The notes: generated by a model not told the origin, from the sequence alone. DNA of 64,000 bases from an uncultured Thermoleophilia bacterium (GCA_963715985.1 CAVQSP010000017.1:32001-96000), one strand, 5' to 3'; shown: positions 44,065 through 54,631, numbered from the stretch's first letter. Made by a program: numbers and translations.

Positions 44065-44107
44065 CGCGTGCTCGCTCACGCCCCGGCGGGGCGTGAGCGA
44101 GCACGCG
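44065..44107. terminator. Perfect 20-bp hairpin just after the cyclase gene
   Basis: CGCGTGCTCGCTCACGCCCC-GGC-GGGGCGTGAGCGAGCACGCG. Confidence 0.7.
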
Positions 44108-44232
44108 GCGCACGCCGGAGGTCGGGGCACTGCCGCCGCGCCGAGCACGGGCACCTCGTGGCCGGTCATCAGGAGCCGCACATCGGTCGGCAGCACGGTC
44201 GCTTCTTGCACGAGAATACGGGAGGGACACTG

Positions 44233-44435
44233 CTGATCCGACCCAACTACGAGTCCGACGCCGGAAAGCGCACGGAGATCCCCGCCGAGCGAACTGGGGA
44301 CGATGCCCTTCGTGCCCTTCGAAGAGTACAGCGAGATGCTCAAGCGCTGCCTTCTGACGAAGCGCGAGAACGGCATCCTCGAGGCCAGGCTGCACACGGA
44401 CGGCGACAGCATGCAGTGGGCGCCCCGGCGTTCTG
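44233..44435 (+). pseudogene. N-terminal remnant of an enoyl-CoA hydratase-like protein
   Basis: PFEEYSE..KRENGILEARLHTDG..QW, truncated. Confidence 0.45.
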
Positions 44436-44611
44436 CTGATATGGCCCGCACTCCCGTCAAGCGGCAAAGCCCTGCCACCCGGTCCGAAGAGACCGGAGAG
44501 AAGGCCCGCCGGAGGGACGCCGCACGCAGCCTGCGACCGTCAGTCAGTCTGATATGCGGGGATCTTCGCGCCCCAAGACATCTCTCCGTCGCCGGCGGAG
44601 CGCGGCTCTAG

Positions 44612-46541
44612 GCGGAAGTTTTCGCCCCTGCCGCCCTCGTTTCTCGCCCTGAGCAGGGGTGAAGCTCTCCCTGAGGCTGGATGGTGTAGACACTAAAGAT
44701 GCTTGACAACGCCGTGGCATGGTGCCATGAATAGGCCATGTCGAAGCGAACCGGCAGCGTTCATGTGACCACCACCCGTCGCCACTACAAGGGCAAGGTC
44801 TACGAGACCACGCTGCTGCGGCGAAGCTATCGCGAGGGCGGCAAGGTGCGTAACGAGACGGTCGGCAACCTCTCGCATCTGCCTCCCGAGGTGATCGCCG
44901 CGATTCGCGCCATGCTGGCTGGCCGGCGGCTCTTCGACGCCGACTCAGAGCTGGCCGTGACGAGCTCGCTGCCTCATGGCCATGTGGCCGCGGTGCTTGC
45001 GGTGGCGCGCTCGCTCGGCCTGGAGCGCCTGCTCTCCCGGGAGCGCTCGCGAGAGCGCGACCTTGCCCTGGCCATGACTTGCCAGCTCATCATCTCCCCG
45101 GGCTCAAAGCTCTCACTCACGAGGCGCTTCTCGCAGACCACCTCGCGGCCGAGCTTGCGCTTGGCGAGGTCTCCGAGGCTGAGCTGCTTGACGCCATGGA
45201 CTGGCTCCTCGCTTGCCAGGGGCGCATCGAGACCACCCTCGCTTCTCGCCATCTCGCGGAGGCGGGTTCGTGCTCTACGACCTCTCGTCTTCGTATGTCG
45301 AGGGCCGGCACTGCCCGCTGGCCGCGCTCGGCCACTCGCGCGACGGCAAGAGAGGCAAGCTGCAGGTCAACTGGGGCATGATCTGCTCTGCCGAGGGCCG
45401 TCCCGTGGCGATCGACGTGCACCCCGGCAACACGGCCGACCCCGAGACCCTGCAGCGCGATCGAGCGCGTGAGCAAGCGCTTCGGGATTGCCCGTGTGAT
45501 CTTCGTCGGCGACCGGGCGATGATCACCGAGGCCCACGCCGAGACGCTCAAGGAACTCGGTGCCGGCTTCGTCAGCGCCTTGAAGAGCGCCCAGATCCGC
45601 ACCTGGTCGGCTCGGGCGACTACAGCTCTCGCTCTTCGACCAAGCCAACCTGGCCGAGATCGCCTCGCATGAGTTCCCCGGCGAGCGCCTCATCGTCTGC
45701 CGCAACCCGGCGCTGGCCGCCGAGCGCGCCCGCAAGCGCGAGGAGCTCCTGGCCGCCACCGAGGCCGAGCTTGAGAAGGTCGTGCTCATGGTGGAGGGCC
45801 CACGGGGGCGGCTGCGCGGCGCTCCGCCGGGGTGATCGGCGAGCGCGTAGGGCGCGTCTCCAACCGCTACAAGGTGGCCAAGCACTTCGAGCTCACGATC
45901 GAAGACGGCGCCTTCCGCTTCGAGCGTAAGACGGAGCGCATCGCCGCCGAGGCCGCGCTCGACGGCATCTACGTGCTGCGTACCACCTGCTCCGGCTCGG
46001 AGCTCTCCCCGCAGGCCGTGGTGCGCCTCTACAAGCAGCTCAAGATGGCCGAGCGCGCGCACCGAACCATGAAGAGCGCACTCTGCGTGCGCCCCATCCG
46101 CCACCACCTCGAGGAGCGCGTGCGTGCCCACTTCTTCCTCTTCATGCTCGCCTACTACCTGCTCTTCGAGTTGCAGATGCGCCTTCAGCCGATGCTCTTT
46201 GCCGACGATGCCCCGCAAGCCCCCGCCGACCCGGTCGCTCCCGCCGTGCGCTCGCCAGAGGCGCTCGCCAAGGCGGGCAGCGCCCGCACGGCCGATGGTC
46301 TGCCGGCCTACAGCCTGGCCGACCTGCTCGCCGAGCTTGGCAGCATCTGTCGCAGCGAGCTGCGCATCGCTGACGGCGAGCACACCTTCAGCCGCCTCAC
46401 CGAGGCCAACGAGATCCAGGCCAAGGCGCTCGAGCTGCTCGGTGTCAAACTCGTCGCGTAGACAGAACCCGCCACCTCCCAGACGGAAAGAACCCCTGCT
46501 ACCTCAGGGAAACGGCTCATCCGAAGGCCGAAAACTTCCGT
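44612..46541 (+). mobile_element. IS1634-like insertion sequence
   Basis: Terminal IRs GCGGAAGTTTTCG / CGAAAACTTCCGT; flanked by CTAG at 44608-11 and 46542-45. Confidence 0.88.
44738..46461 (+). pseudogene. IS1634-family DDE transposase with multiple frameshifts
   Basis: LLRRSYREGGKVRNET, LYDLSSSYVEG, GHSRDGK, FVGDRAMI, DGIYVLRT, ERAHRTMK, RVRAHFFLFMLAYYL spread over several frames. Confidence 0.85.
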
Positions 46542-46656
46542 CTAGGAGCGGGCGTGACCGCCCCGCAAGGGCGGCTGCCCATAGCAGAAACGCGCATGCC
46601 GGCTGGCGTCGTGCGGTGCGGCGTCCCTCGAGCGGGCGCGTATGCGCCCGGCTCCT

Positions 46657-47733
46657 TCAGTCGGCGGTGGCCACCGACCAGAGGAAGCAGGCGAGCTCAC
46701 GCGCCGCCGCCACGGTGGCGACGTTGGGCGGCTTGCCGCGCCCGCGCAGGCGCGTCTGCAGGCGGAAGAGCCGGTGCTGGGCGCGCCAGGCGGTCTGCAG
46801 GACGTGGTCGCTCTGGCCTGCTTGGCGCCGCGCGAGCGCGGCTCCCCGGCGCGGCGGGCGCGCGTAGTGGTGCGCCGCCTCGACGAGCAGCCGGCGGGCA
46901 TGCGCGGAGCCGGTCTTGGTGATCGCCCCCTGCGACGGACTCTCGCCCGACTGGTGCAGCGAGGGCGTGAGCCCGAGCCAGGCGGCCAGCTGCGGGGCGC
47001 GCTCGAAGCGCCGCCAGTCGTGCACCTCGAGGTGCAGGGCGAGGGCCGTGAGCGTGTCGATGCCGCGGAAGCAGCGCAGGCGCGCGACGGTCGGCCAGAA
47101 GGCATCCTCGAGCGCCAGCTGCGAGAGCCGCTGGTCGAGGACCTCGCGGCGGGCGAGCAGGCCATCGACGGCGGCCAGACCGTCGAGGTAGGCGAGCTCG
47201 GTCGCCGCGTGGGTGAAGCGCTGGCCGGCGAGCCAGCGGCGATGCGCCTGCGTCCAGGTGCTGCCCTCGTAGACGCGCCCGTGGCGCAGGAGCAGCTTGG
47301 AGACGCGGTGGCGGGCCCGCATGAGGTCGCCCCGCAGCTGCTCACGGGCACGGCTGAGGTCACGGGCCGCCTCGGCTTCGGGCGGCGGCACGGCGACGGG
47401 GGTGAGCGCGTCCGCCATCAAGAGGCGCACCAGCAGCTCCGCGTCCTTGCGGTCGCTCTTGACGCGGTCGCCCGCGGCCCGGGGCGTCTTGCCCGGGGCG
47501 ATCACCTGCAGCGCGATGCCCGCCTCACGGGCGGCGCGGTAGAGCCCGTACCCGGTCGGCCCCGCCTCGTAGCAGGCCCGAACCGGCTGCGGCAGCCCGG
47601 CGAGCCAGGCGACCACCGCCTCGGTGCCGCCGCCGAAGCGCCGCCGCGTGAGCTCGCCGCTGGCGGCGTCGAGCGCCGCCGCTTCGGTCGAGCGGGCGTG
47701 GACATCGAGACCTGCCCATGACAAGGTTGCCAT
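46657..47733 (-). CDS. IS110 family recombinase (DEDD plus catalytic Ser)
   Basis: GLDVH, CYEAG, KSDRKDA, GLTPSLHQSG, VAAARELA. Confidence 0.95.
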   Translation of the reverse strand: MATLSWAGLDVHARSTEAAALDAASGELTRRRFGGGTEAVVAWLAGLPQPVRACYEAGPTGYGLYRAAREAGIALQVIAPGKTPRAAGDRVKSDRKDAELLVRLLMADALTPVAVPPPEAEAARDLSRAREQLRGDLMRARHRVSKLLLRHGRVYEGSTWTQAHRRWLAGQRFTHAATELAYLDGLAAVDGLLARREVLDQRLSQLALEDAFWPTVARLRCFRGIDTLTALALHLEVHDWRRFERAPQLAAWLGLTPSLHQSGESPSQGAITKTGSAHARRLLVEAAHHYARPPRRGAALARRQAGQSDHVLQTAWRAQHRLFRLQTRLRGRGKPPNVATVAAARELACFLWSVATAD

Positions 47734-47856
47734 CGCCGGACCCTCCTTCGTATGGGGTCAGCCGAAGCTCGTCTTCGGCCAGACAAACCCCCGTCATATG
47801 CGAACGGGGTCCGGTCTTGCGTCAACGTTCTCGGCGGACAGAGACAGCCATATCGT

Positions 47857-48879
47857 CTAGCTGCCTTCTCTCAGCAGCCTCGCCAGCGCGCGGCCTTGCT
47901 CGGCCTCAGCGTCGCTCGCCTGCTCGCCGGCGAGCTGATGCACCGTCGCCCCGACGGATTCGAGCCCGCCGATGGCCTCGATGTGCCCGGCTGAGAGGAA
48001 GGAGTAGACGTCTGCGACTGCGTTCTCGGAGACGTAGGCGCGCAGCACCTCTCCCAGGGCGTGCTCTCGCCACCACTGCCTGACCGGCTGCCCGTCCGGC
48101 AGCTCGGTGTCCATGGTCACGTCGTGATCGCGGATCGGCTCGACTGGGGCCAGCAGCCCGTAGAGCCCCGAGACGATGAGTCCGCAGCGGCGCATCGTCT
48201 CGCGATCCTCGGTGCTCAGTGAGCTCAGCCCCGCGGCCTCGTAGAGCGGGCCGTCGTAGCGCTCGAGGGCCGGCAGGTAGGCGCGACGGTGCCCATCTCC
48301 GCCGAGATCGGGGCCGGCGGCCTCACCGACGAGCTCCGCAAGCGCCCTGCGCGCCTCCCCAAGCCCGGCCCCCGCCTCGCCGAGCAGCGCGAGCGCCGTC
48401 ACCTGACGCCGCCACGCCGGATCGCCGCCGGGCCGCTTGCTGGCGCTGTCCGGAAGGAGGATGAGGCTGGACGCCAGGCTCTTCCGGGCGGCGCGGGCGG
48501 CGTCGCTCGGCGACGCCTTCGCGGGCGTGCGCCTCTTCGCGGCCGGTGCGCTGGTCTTCGCTCGTGCCGCGGGACCTGCGCCGCGACCGCGCGCGGCCGG
48601 TGCGTCCTTGCGGAACGTCACCGACTGGTCTCTGCGGTCGGTCCTGACGAACGACCAGCCCGCATCTCGCCAGCCCCGGGCCTGCGGCTGGGTGCCGCTC
48701 GCCTGCCACCACTGCGCGTGGTTGGCGGCCGCGGCCGGCAGCTTGAAGCCGAGGATGTCCTGTAGCTGATCGAAGGTCAGGGTCACGGAACTCGCGTCCA
48801 GGCCCTTGAGGTACCGCGTCAGCGGGTCGTATCTGCTCGGACCCTCCGGCACCTTGGCCGGTTTTCCGCTGGGCGTCAC
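47857..48879 (-). CDS. Fusion of a small N-terminal DUF7662-like domain with a YaaA/DUF328 domain
   Basis: RYDPLTRYL..LTFDQLQDILGFKLP..WW..WRDAGW; PDSASK, PALERYDGPLY, SGLYGLL. Confidence 0.75.
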   Translation of the reverse strand: MTPSGKPAKVPEGPSRYDPLTRYLKGLDASSVTLTFDQLQDILGFKLPAAAANHAQWWQASGTQPQARGWRDAGWSFVRTDRRDQSVTFRKDAPAARGRGAGPAARAKTSAPAAKRRTPAKASPSDAARAARKSLASSLILLPDSASKRPGGDPAWRRQVTALALLGEAGAGLGEARRALAELVGEAAGPDLGGDGHRRAYLPALERYDGPLYEAAGLSSLSTEDRETMRRCGLIVSGLYGLLAPVEPIRDHDVTMDTELPDGQPVRQWWREHALGEVLRAYVSENAVADVYSFLSAGHIEAIGGLESVGATVHQLAGEQASDAEAEQGRALARLLREGS

Positions 48880-49053
48880 CGCGACCTCCTCGTTCGGCGG
48901 GCGCGTGACGGGTCACGCTCCGCGCAAGCTCATTCTGGTCCGATGGTAGGCGACCATCCTGACAGAGCACAACGCCGGCCGCATAGCGCTTGGACGCTTC
49001 GCGCCCACGCGAGGAGTCCGGGTGGCTGGGTGCGGCGTCCACACCCCGTGCCG

Positions 49054-50025
49054 TCAGCCGCCCGCCAGCTGCCAGATCAGCACCCCGGCGATGACCAGGG
49101 GCGTGGAGACCGCGACGAGCAGCCGCGCCAGCTCGCGGTCCAGGTCGAAGACGGCCGAGACGACCAGGGTGTTGAACGCGACCGGCATCACCGCGAGCAG
49201 CAGGAACACGCCGGGGATCGTGATGCCGAAGAGCCAGCCCAGGGCGAGCAGGATGCTGAGCATCAGGCCGCAGCGCAGGACGATGGTGACCGCCGCCCGC
49301 CACAGGTCGCCGCGGTCGTGGGCGAGGGGCTCGAGCGAGATCGCGAGGCCGATCTGCAGAAAGCCGACGAGCCCGAACGTCAGGCCGATGGCGGGCCCGA
49401 TGGGCGTCACGAGGGCCGTGATGTCGACGCCGAGCAGCCGCAGCGCGACGGCGGCCGCACCCGCGATCACCGGCGGATTGAGGGTCCAGCTGCGCAGGAG
49501 CTTGCGCAGGCCCGGCGCGCGGAGCCCGTGGGAGTCTGGTCCCGCGTAGTGCCGGCCCAGCCCCAGCATCACCCCGTCCGTGGGTATCAGGTACTGGAAC
49601 TCCGCGTAGATGACGGCCAGGGCCAGGCCGGGGCCGCCGAAGGCGAGCGTGGTGAGGGGGAACCCGAGCGTGCCGCAGTTGCCCATGGCGGTGGCGAACG
49701 CCATGACGCCGGACTCGCGCTGTCCGCGCCCGCCGAAACGCCCCCAGAGCATGCCGGCCAGGAGGGTCGTCCACGTGGCCACGACCACGCAGGCGAACGC
49801 CGCCACGAGCTCCGGGTGGATCACGACCGTGGTGTAGGCGTAGATCACGACGAGCGGCGACAGCACCCAGAGCGCGATCATGAAGATGAGGTGCGAGAGA
49901 CGATGAGGGTCGCGCAGACGGCGCTGCAGCGCGACCCCGACGGCGAAGCACACCAGCCAGCCGGCGACGGAGATCAGCACGAGCGGGTCTGACGCGGGCG
50001 GTGGGCGATCAAGTGGAATCGGCAC
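49054..50025 (-). CDS. AEC family transporter
   Basis: GNCGTLGFPL, NPPVIA, MPVAFN. Confidence 0.85.
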   Translation of the reverse strand: MPIPLDRPPPASDPLVLISVAGWLVCFAVGVALQRRLRDPHRLSHLIFMIALWVLSPLVVIYAYTTVVIHPELVAAFACVVVATWTTLLAGMLWGRFGGRGQRESGVMAFATAMGNCGTLGFPLTTLAFGGPGLALAVIYAEFQYLIPTDGVMLGLGRHYAGPDSHGLRAPGLRKLLRSWTLNPPVIAGAAAVALRLLGVDITALVTPIGPAIGLTFGLVGFLQIGLAISLEPLAHDRGDLWRAAVTIVLRCGLMLSILLALGWLFGITIPGVFLLLAVMPVAFNTLVVSAVFDLDRELARLLVAVSTPLVIAGVLIWQLAGG

Positions 50026-50297
50026 ATGGGGCGTCTAGTCTTTCACACCGGGATGCGACGCCGCCGGTACGCACGCCGGACCATTCCCTCGCGTTGCGGA
50101 GCATCATCGCCGTCCCGATCCTCGTCCCCGCCGTGTGGCTGGTGCCGATGGGCGCGGCCGGCGACTCCCTCGCCTTCTCTGGGGCTTCGCGGTGGCGATC
50201 GTCGCCGTCGGCGTGATGTCCGGTGTCGTGGCCGTGGCGCCGGACCGGGCGTGCCACGACCCCCGGTGCTGTTTACGGTTCTGCCGGTCGGGAGAAT

Positions 50298-50317
50298 ACT
50301 GAACCATATGGTTCAGT
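50298..50317. promoter_or_regulatory. Perfect palindrome over the ArsR start codon (autoregulatory operator)
   Basis: ACTGAACCAT-ATGGTTCAGT. Confidence 0.75.
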
Positions 50318-50640
50318 CTTTCACCCACCTCGACTCAGCTTTTGCGGCACTGTCCGATCCGACGCGACGGGGCGTCCTCGAACGCGTGGGCCGTGGGGCC
50401 TGCTCGATCAGCGAGCTCGCCGCCACCTTCGGGATGACCCTGACGGGCATCAGGAAGCACGTGCGGATCCTCGAGCAGGCTGGGCTGGTGTCGACAGAGA
50501 AGGTCGGCCGGGTGCGCGTCTGCAAGCCGGGCCCGCGCCGGCTCGACGACGAGACCGAGTGGATCGCCACATACCGGCGGATGCTGGAGTCGCAGTTCGA
50601 CCGGCTCGGCGACTTCCTTGCGCAGCAGAAAGGAACGTGA
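50308..50640 (+). CDS. ArsR/SmtB family regulator
   Basis: FAALSDPTRR..KHVRILEQAGLV..GRVR. Confidence 0.9.
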   Translation: MVQSFTHLDSAFAALSDPTRRGVLERVGRGACSISELAATFGMTLTGIRKHVRILEQAGLVSTEKVGRVRVCKPGPRRLDDETEWIATYRRMLESQFDRLGDFLAQQKGT

Positions 50641-50642
50641 TC

Positions 50643-51137
50643 ATGAGCACATCAGCAGAAGCGGAGCAGCGGACCGGGGTGGACGTGACCACGCCGGCCG
50701 ACCGCGAGATCCGCATGGAACGCATCTTCGACGCCCCCCGCGAGCGCGTCTGGCGCGCACACACCGACCCCGAGCTCGTCGCCCAGTGGTGGGGTCGAGG
50801 CAACAAGCTCGACATCGAGCGCATGGAGGTCGAGCGCGGCGGCCACTGGCGTTTCGTCGAGCACGGCCCCGAGGGCGTGACCGGCTTCGAGGGCCGCTTC
50901 CGTGAGGTGAGCCCGCAGGAGCGCATCGTGCAGACCTTTGAATGGGACGGCATGCCGGGGTACGTCGTGGTCAACACGACCACGTTCGAGGACCTCGGGG
51001 ACGGGCGGACCAGGATCGTCACGATATCGCTCTTCCACACCACCGAGGAGCGCGACGGCATGCTCAGCTCGGGCATGGAGCAGGGTCTGGGCGAGAGCTA
51101 CCGGGCCCTGGATCGGCTACTCGCCGAGCGAGGCTGA
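50643..51137 (+). CDS. SRPBCC/AHSA1 family protein
   Basis: RIFDAPRERVWRAHTDPELVAQWWG, GMEQG. Confidence 0.9.
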   Translation: MSTSAEAEQRTGVDVTTPADREIRMERIFDAPRERVWRAHTDPELVAQWWGRGNKLDIERMEVERGGHWRFVEHGPEGVTGFEGRFREVSPQERIVQTFEWDGMPGYVVVNTTTFEDLGDGRTRIVTISLFHTTEERDGMLSSGMEQGLGESYRALDRLLAERG

Positions 51138-51192
51138 AGCGACAGACCTGGTGAGACCGGAGGGCCCCGACGGGGCCGCGGGGCCCGCGCGC

Positions 51193-51663
51193 TCAGTTCT
51201 TGCGCCCGCCGCGTCGCTGCCGGCTCTTAAGGCTCGGTTGCGCCCGTGGGGCCGAAGCAGGCGCCTGCCCTGCAGGTGCGGTGGCGTGTGCCCGCTCGAT
51301 CCGTGAGCGCTGCACGCTGATGAAGATGTACGCGAGCGAGCCCACCATCATTCGCATCACGATCGAGCTGACTGCGCCCCCGAGCGTGAGGAGACCCGTG
51401 ACGAGGCCGGTCGCCCCCATCGTCCACATCACCAGGCTGATGTTCGCCCGTTGCTGCCGGGTGAACACGGGGAAGAACGTGGCGTTGACGGCCAGGAAGG
51501 CCATGAGCACGGCGGCGACCGTGGTGAGCGCCAGGGTCACGTACATCGGTCCTGCCTTGACCGCCGGATCGGGCCTGAGGATGAAGATGGCGAGCGACCC
51601 CAACATCAGCAGCGCCACGATGACGTCCGCACCTACGAGCATCGCCTGCGTGAGCGTGCGCAT
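51193..51663 (-). CDS. Membrane protein
   Basis: Four hydrophobic helices and a basic tail. Confidence 0.7.
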   Translation of the reverse strand: MRTLTQAMLVGADVIVALLMLGSLAIFILRPDPAVKAGPMYVTLALTTVAAVLMAFLAVNATFFPVFTRQQRANISLVMWTMGATGLVTGLLTLGGAVSSIVMRMMVGSLAYIFISVQRSRIERAHATAPAGQAPASAPRAQPSLKSRQRRGGRKN

Positions 51664-52448
51664 CGAGCGGTCGTTCGTGCGGGGGCGCGACGCCGTCCCC
51701 CGACCTTGCCGTGAGGCCTGCTTCTTTGACGAACCGGGGCTCATCCTCGCTCCGTTCGGACCCATACTGCACGATGCCGTGCCCGGTACTGTACACGAAG
51801 CGTGAGCGCTGAGGGCGCGAGGGTGTGGATGACGACCGCAGTGCTCGGCGGCGCGGGGGCGGCCGGGCGGCACGGCTCTTCCGCCTTGGACGGGCCGAGA
51901 CCGACACGCCGCTCGCGTGCCGCCTTCCGCTTCCGCTACTTCACCCACACGGACCGGTGCCCGGCGCCGAAATCCTTGACCGTGCTCAGGCCGGAGTCGA
52001 TCAGCAGGGCGCGCGTGCTGTACGGGTCGCCCTCGTTGCCGGTGTCGCCGAGGGCGTCGACTACCAGCGTGCCGCCGTCCGACCAGGCCATGTCCATGAC
52101 CCAGAAGACCGAGGCGCTGGAGATGAGGCCGGCCCGCGACCTCGCCCGCGCGGCCGTGGCGTGCCGGACCGCCGCCGCCGGCCCGCTCCCGGCCACGAGC
52201 GCCATCGCGAGGATCTTCAGTGCCAGCGCGACTGTCGCGGTCTAGATGCGTGCGACATCGCCGCGCCGTGCGAGGTGGAAACCGTTCCTTCGCCTCTCCC
52301 TCAGTAGAATGCACCTCTGCCGTCGAAAGACGGTCTCAGGACCTCTTGATGCCCGCGCCGCTGCCGGTGGGCCTGCCCGTCCTCACTGGTACGATTGACC
52401 GGCGCTTGGAGCGCGCGGCCCCGAGCGGCGCGGCTGATGAGGAGCGGC

Positions 52449-53933
52449 ATGACTGAGGAACAGGGCGATGTGCCCATCGAGGAGAGCCTCGACCCGCAGG
52501 ACTGGGAGGCGATGCGCGCGCTGGGGCACCGCATGCTCGACGACGCCCTGGACTACGTGGAGACCCTGCGAGAGCGCCCGGCCTGGGAGCACGCCCCGGA
52601 TCACGTGAAGGCGCACTTCGCGGGCTCCCCTCCCGTCGAGCCGCAGCGGCCGGAGGACGTGTACGGGGAGTACGTCGAGTACGTGCTGCCGCACCAGCTC
52701 GGCAACAGCCACCCACGCTTCTGGGGCTGGGTCATCGGGAGCGGCACTGCCACGGGGGTCTTCGCCGAGATGCTGGCCGCGGCGACGGACTCGATGAGCG
52801 GCATCTACTCCTACGTCAGCAACAACTACGTGGAGCTCCAGGTCCTGGACTGGTGCAAGGCGATGCTCGGCTACCCCACGACCGCCAGCGGTCTGCTCAC
52901 CAGCGGGTGCTCGGCCTCCAACCTCATCGCCCTCGCCGTGGCGCGGAACGCGAAGGCGGGCTTCGATCTGCGTGGGGAGGGGATGCACGCTGCTCCCCGC
53001 CCGATGACGGTCTACTGTTCGGAGGAGGCCCACTCCTCGTTCACAAAGGCCGTCGAACTGCTGGGCATGGGCAGAGAAGCGTTGCGTCGTGTGCCCGCGG
53101 ACGACGGGATGCGCGTGGACGTCGCCGCCTTGAGAGATGCGGTGGCGCGCGACCGCGCCGGCGGCCTCCAGCCCATCTGCGTCGTGGGAGTGGCCGGGAC
53201 GACCAACACGGGAGCCATCGACGACCTCCGCGGTCTCGCCGATCTCTGCGAGCAGGAGGGGCTGTGGTTCCACGTCGACGGCGCGTTCGGGGCCTGGACC
53301 GCCATCGCTCCACAGTCCGCGCACCTCGTCGCGGGGATGGAACGAGCGGATTCGCTGGCCTTCGATCTGCACAAGTGGATGTACCTCACCTACCCGGTCG
53401 GCTGCGTCCTCGTCAGGAACGAGGACGACCATCGCCGCGCCTTCTCGCTGACGCCCTCGTACCTCGCCCACGGCGACGGGGAGCGCGGGCTCACCGGCGT
53501 CGACGTGCCGTGGCTTTCCGACTACGGGTTCGAGCTGTCCCGCGGCTTCCACGCGCTCAAGGCGTGGATGACGCTCAAGGAGCACGGCGTCGCCAAGTAC
53601 GGGCGCCTGATCCAGCAGAACATCGATCAGGCGCACTACCTCGCCGGGCTGGTCGAGGCCTCTCCCGAGCTCGAGCTGGCGTTGCCCGTCTCGCTGAACA
53701 TCGTCTGTTTCCGCTACGTACGCGACGAGCTCGACGACACCGGGCTCGACGACGTGAACAAGCAGATCGAGATCGAGCTCCAGGAGCGAGGCATCGCGGT
53801 GCCGTCCATCTCGACGATCAGAGGCAGGAAGTACCTGCACGTCGCGGTCGCCAACCACCGCAGCCGGCGGGAGGACTTCGACCTGCTCGTGCGAGAAGTC
53901 ACACGGATCGGCGCCGAGCTGAGCCGAGAGTAG
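52449..53933 (+). CDS. Group II PLP-dependent amino acid decarboxylase
   Basis: HPRFWG, AHSS, HVDGAFG, DLHKW. Confidence 0.92.
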   Translation: MTEEQGDVPIEESLDPQDWEAMRALGHRMLDDALDYVETLRERPAWEHAPDHVKAHFAGSPPVEPQRPEDVYGEYVEYVLPHQLGNSHPRFWGWVIGSGTATGVFAEMLAAATDSMSGIYSYVSNNYVELQVLDWCKAMLGYPTTASGLLTSGCSASNLIALAVARNAKAGFDLRGEGMHAAPRPMTVYCSEEAHSSFTKAVELLGMGREALRRVPADDGMRVDVAALRDAVARDRAGGLQPICVVGVAGTTNTGAIDDLRGLADLCEQEGLWFHVDGAFGAWTAIAPQSAHLVAGMERADSLAFDLHKWMYLTYPVGCVLVRNEDDHRRAFSLTPSYLAHGDGERGLTGVDVPWLSDYGFELSRGFHALKAWMTLKEHGVAKYGRLIQQNIDQAHYLAGLVEASPELELALPVSLNIVCFRYVRDELDDTGLDDVNKQIEIELQERGIAVPSISTIRGRKYLHVAVANHRSRREDFDLLVREVTRIGAELSRE

Positions 53934-54043
53934 CGGCAGCCGCCCGCGCGGCGGACTCCGACCTCGTACGAGAAAGAGCGTAGAATGGAGAGGTCTACGG
54001 AAGGGTCTCCCTTGGACTGTCTCCTCCGCGTTTGCACCACGTC

Positions 54044-54301
54044 GTGAAGTCCCGAGCTGCGGGCAGCGCTCTGTCCCGGGGTGTCGGCAAGAGCGGCAGC
54101 AGGGTCTCGGCCTACGGGAGCGGCCGGATCTGTGCGGCGCCCGGCTGCGACACGCTCCTCTCCACCTACAACCCCGGCCTCTGCTGCGCGCTGCACGACG
54201 GTACGTGTGCGGTCACGGCCCCGGCCTCGGCCTCCGGCCGCGTCCCCCAGGCCAATGCCTACCGCGACCCTCAGGGAGCCACGCCGGTCAGAGACGGCTG
54301 A
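54044..54301 (+). CDS. Small Cys/His protein, paralog A
   Basis: RVSAYGSGRICAAPGCDTLLSTYNPGLCCALHD; start uncertain. Confidence 0.7.
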   Translation: MKSRAAGSALSRGVGKSGSRVSAYGSGRICAAPGCDTLLSTYNPGLCCALHDGTCAVTAPASASGRVPQANAYRDPQGATPVRDG

Positions 54302-54631
54302 CACACATGCGGCGTCGCCGGGCGGCGGCGTCGCTCGTCCTCTTCTCCCATGCTGTCCGGCCCATGCGGCCGCCCGTCTCCATCGGGCGACGCCCGTCCT
54401 CCCGCCCGGAACCCTGCCCCGTGTTCGCGTCCCCGTTCTGCTCGCTGCGACCGGGCAGTCAGCAGAGTCCGGTCAGGCGTGTCCGCGGGGCGACGGCTCG
54501 GCCGTCACTCCGCGACGGTTGCCGATCTCGGGCTCCCGAGGGCCGGCAAGATCACCTGCGCCAACGAGAGAGACCGGGCGGCTCTCAGAGCCGCCCGGTC
54601 TCGGGATCACGCTACGACGCTGTTACGGCTG

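Larger units (their letters stand above)
44436..46656 (-). ncRNA. Putative bridge RNA region (46656-46542 joined to 44607-44436), split by the inserted IS
   Basis: Guide-like segments match the reconstructed target and the circle junction (see findings). Confidence 0.7.
44436..47858 (-). mobile_element. IS110-family (IS1111-like) element, about 1.49 kb native, interrupted by an IS1634-like element
   Basis: CT core at both ends (44436-37, 47857-58); subterminal IRs GATATGGC (44438) and GCCATATC (47847); long downstream non-coding end with outward TTGACG. Confidence 0.85.

Noticed and set aside
44738-46461. Programmed frameshifting in the IS1634 transposase
   Set aside because: There are too many shifts and no slippery motifs; error or decay is more likely.
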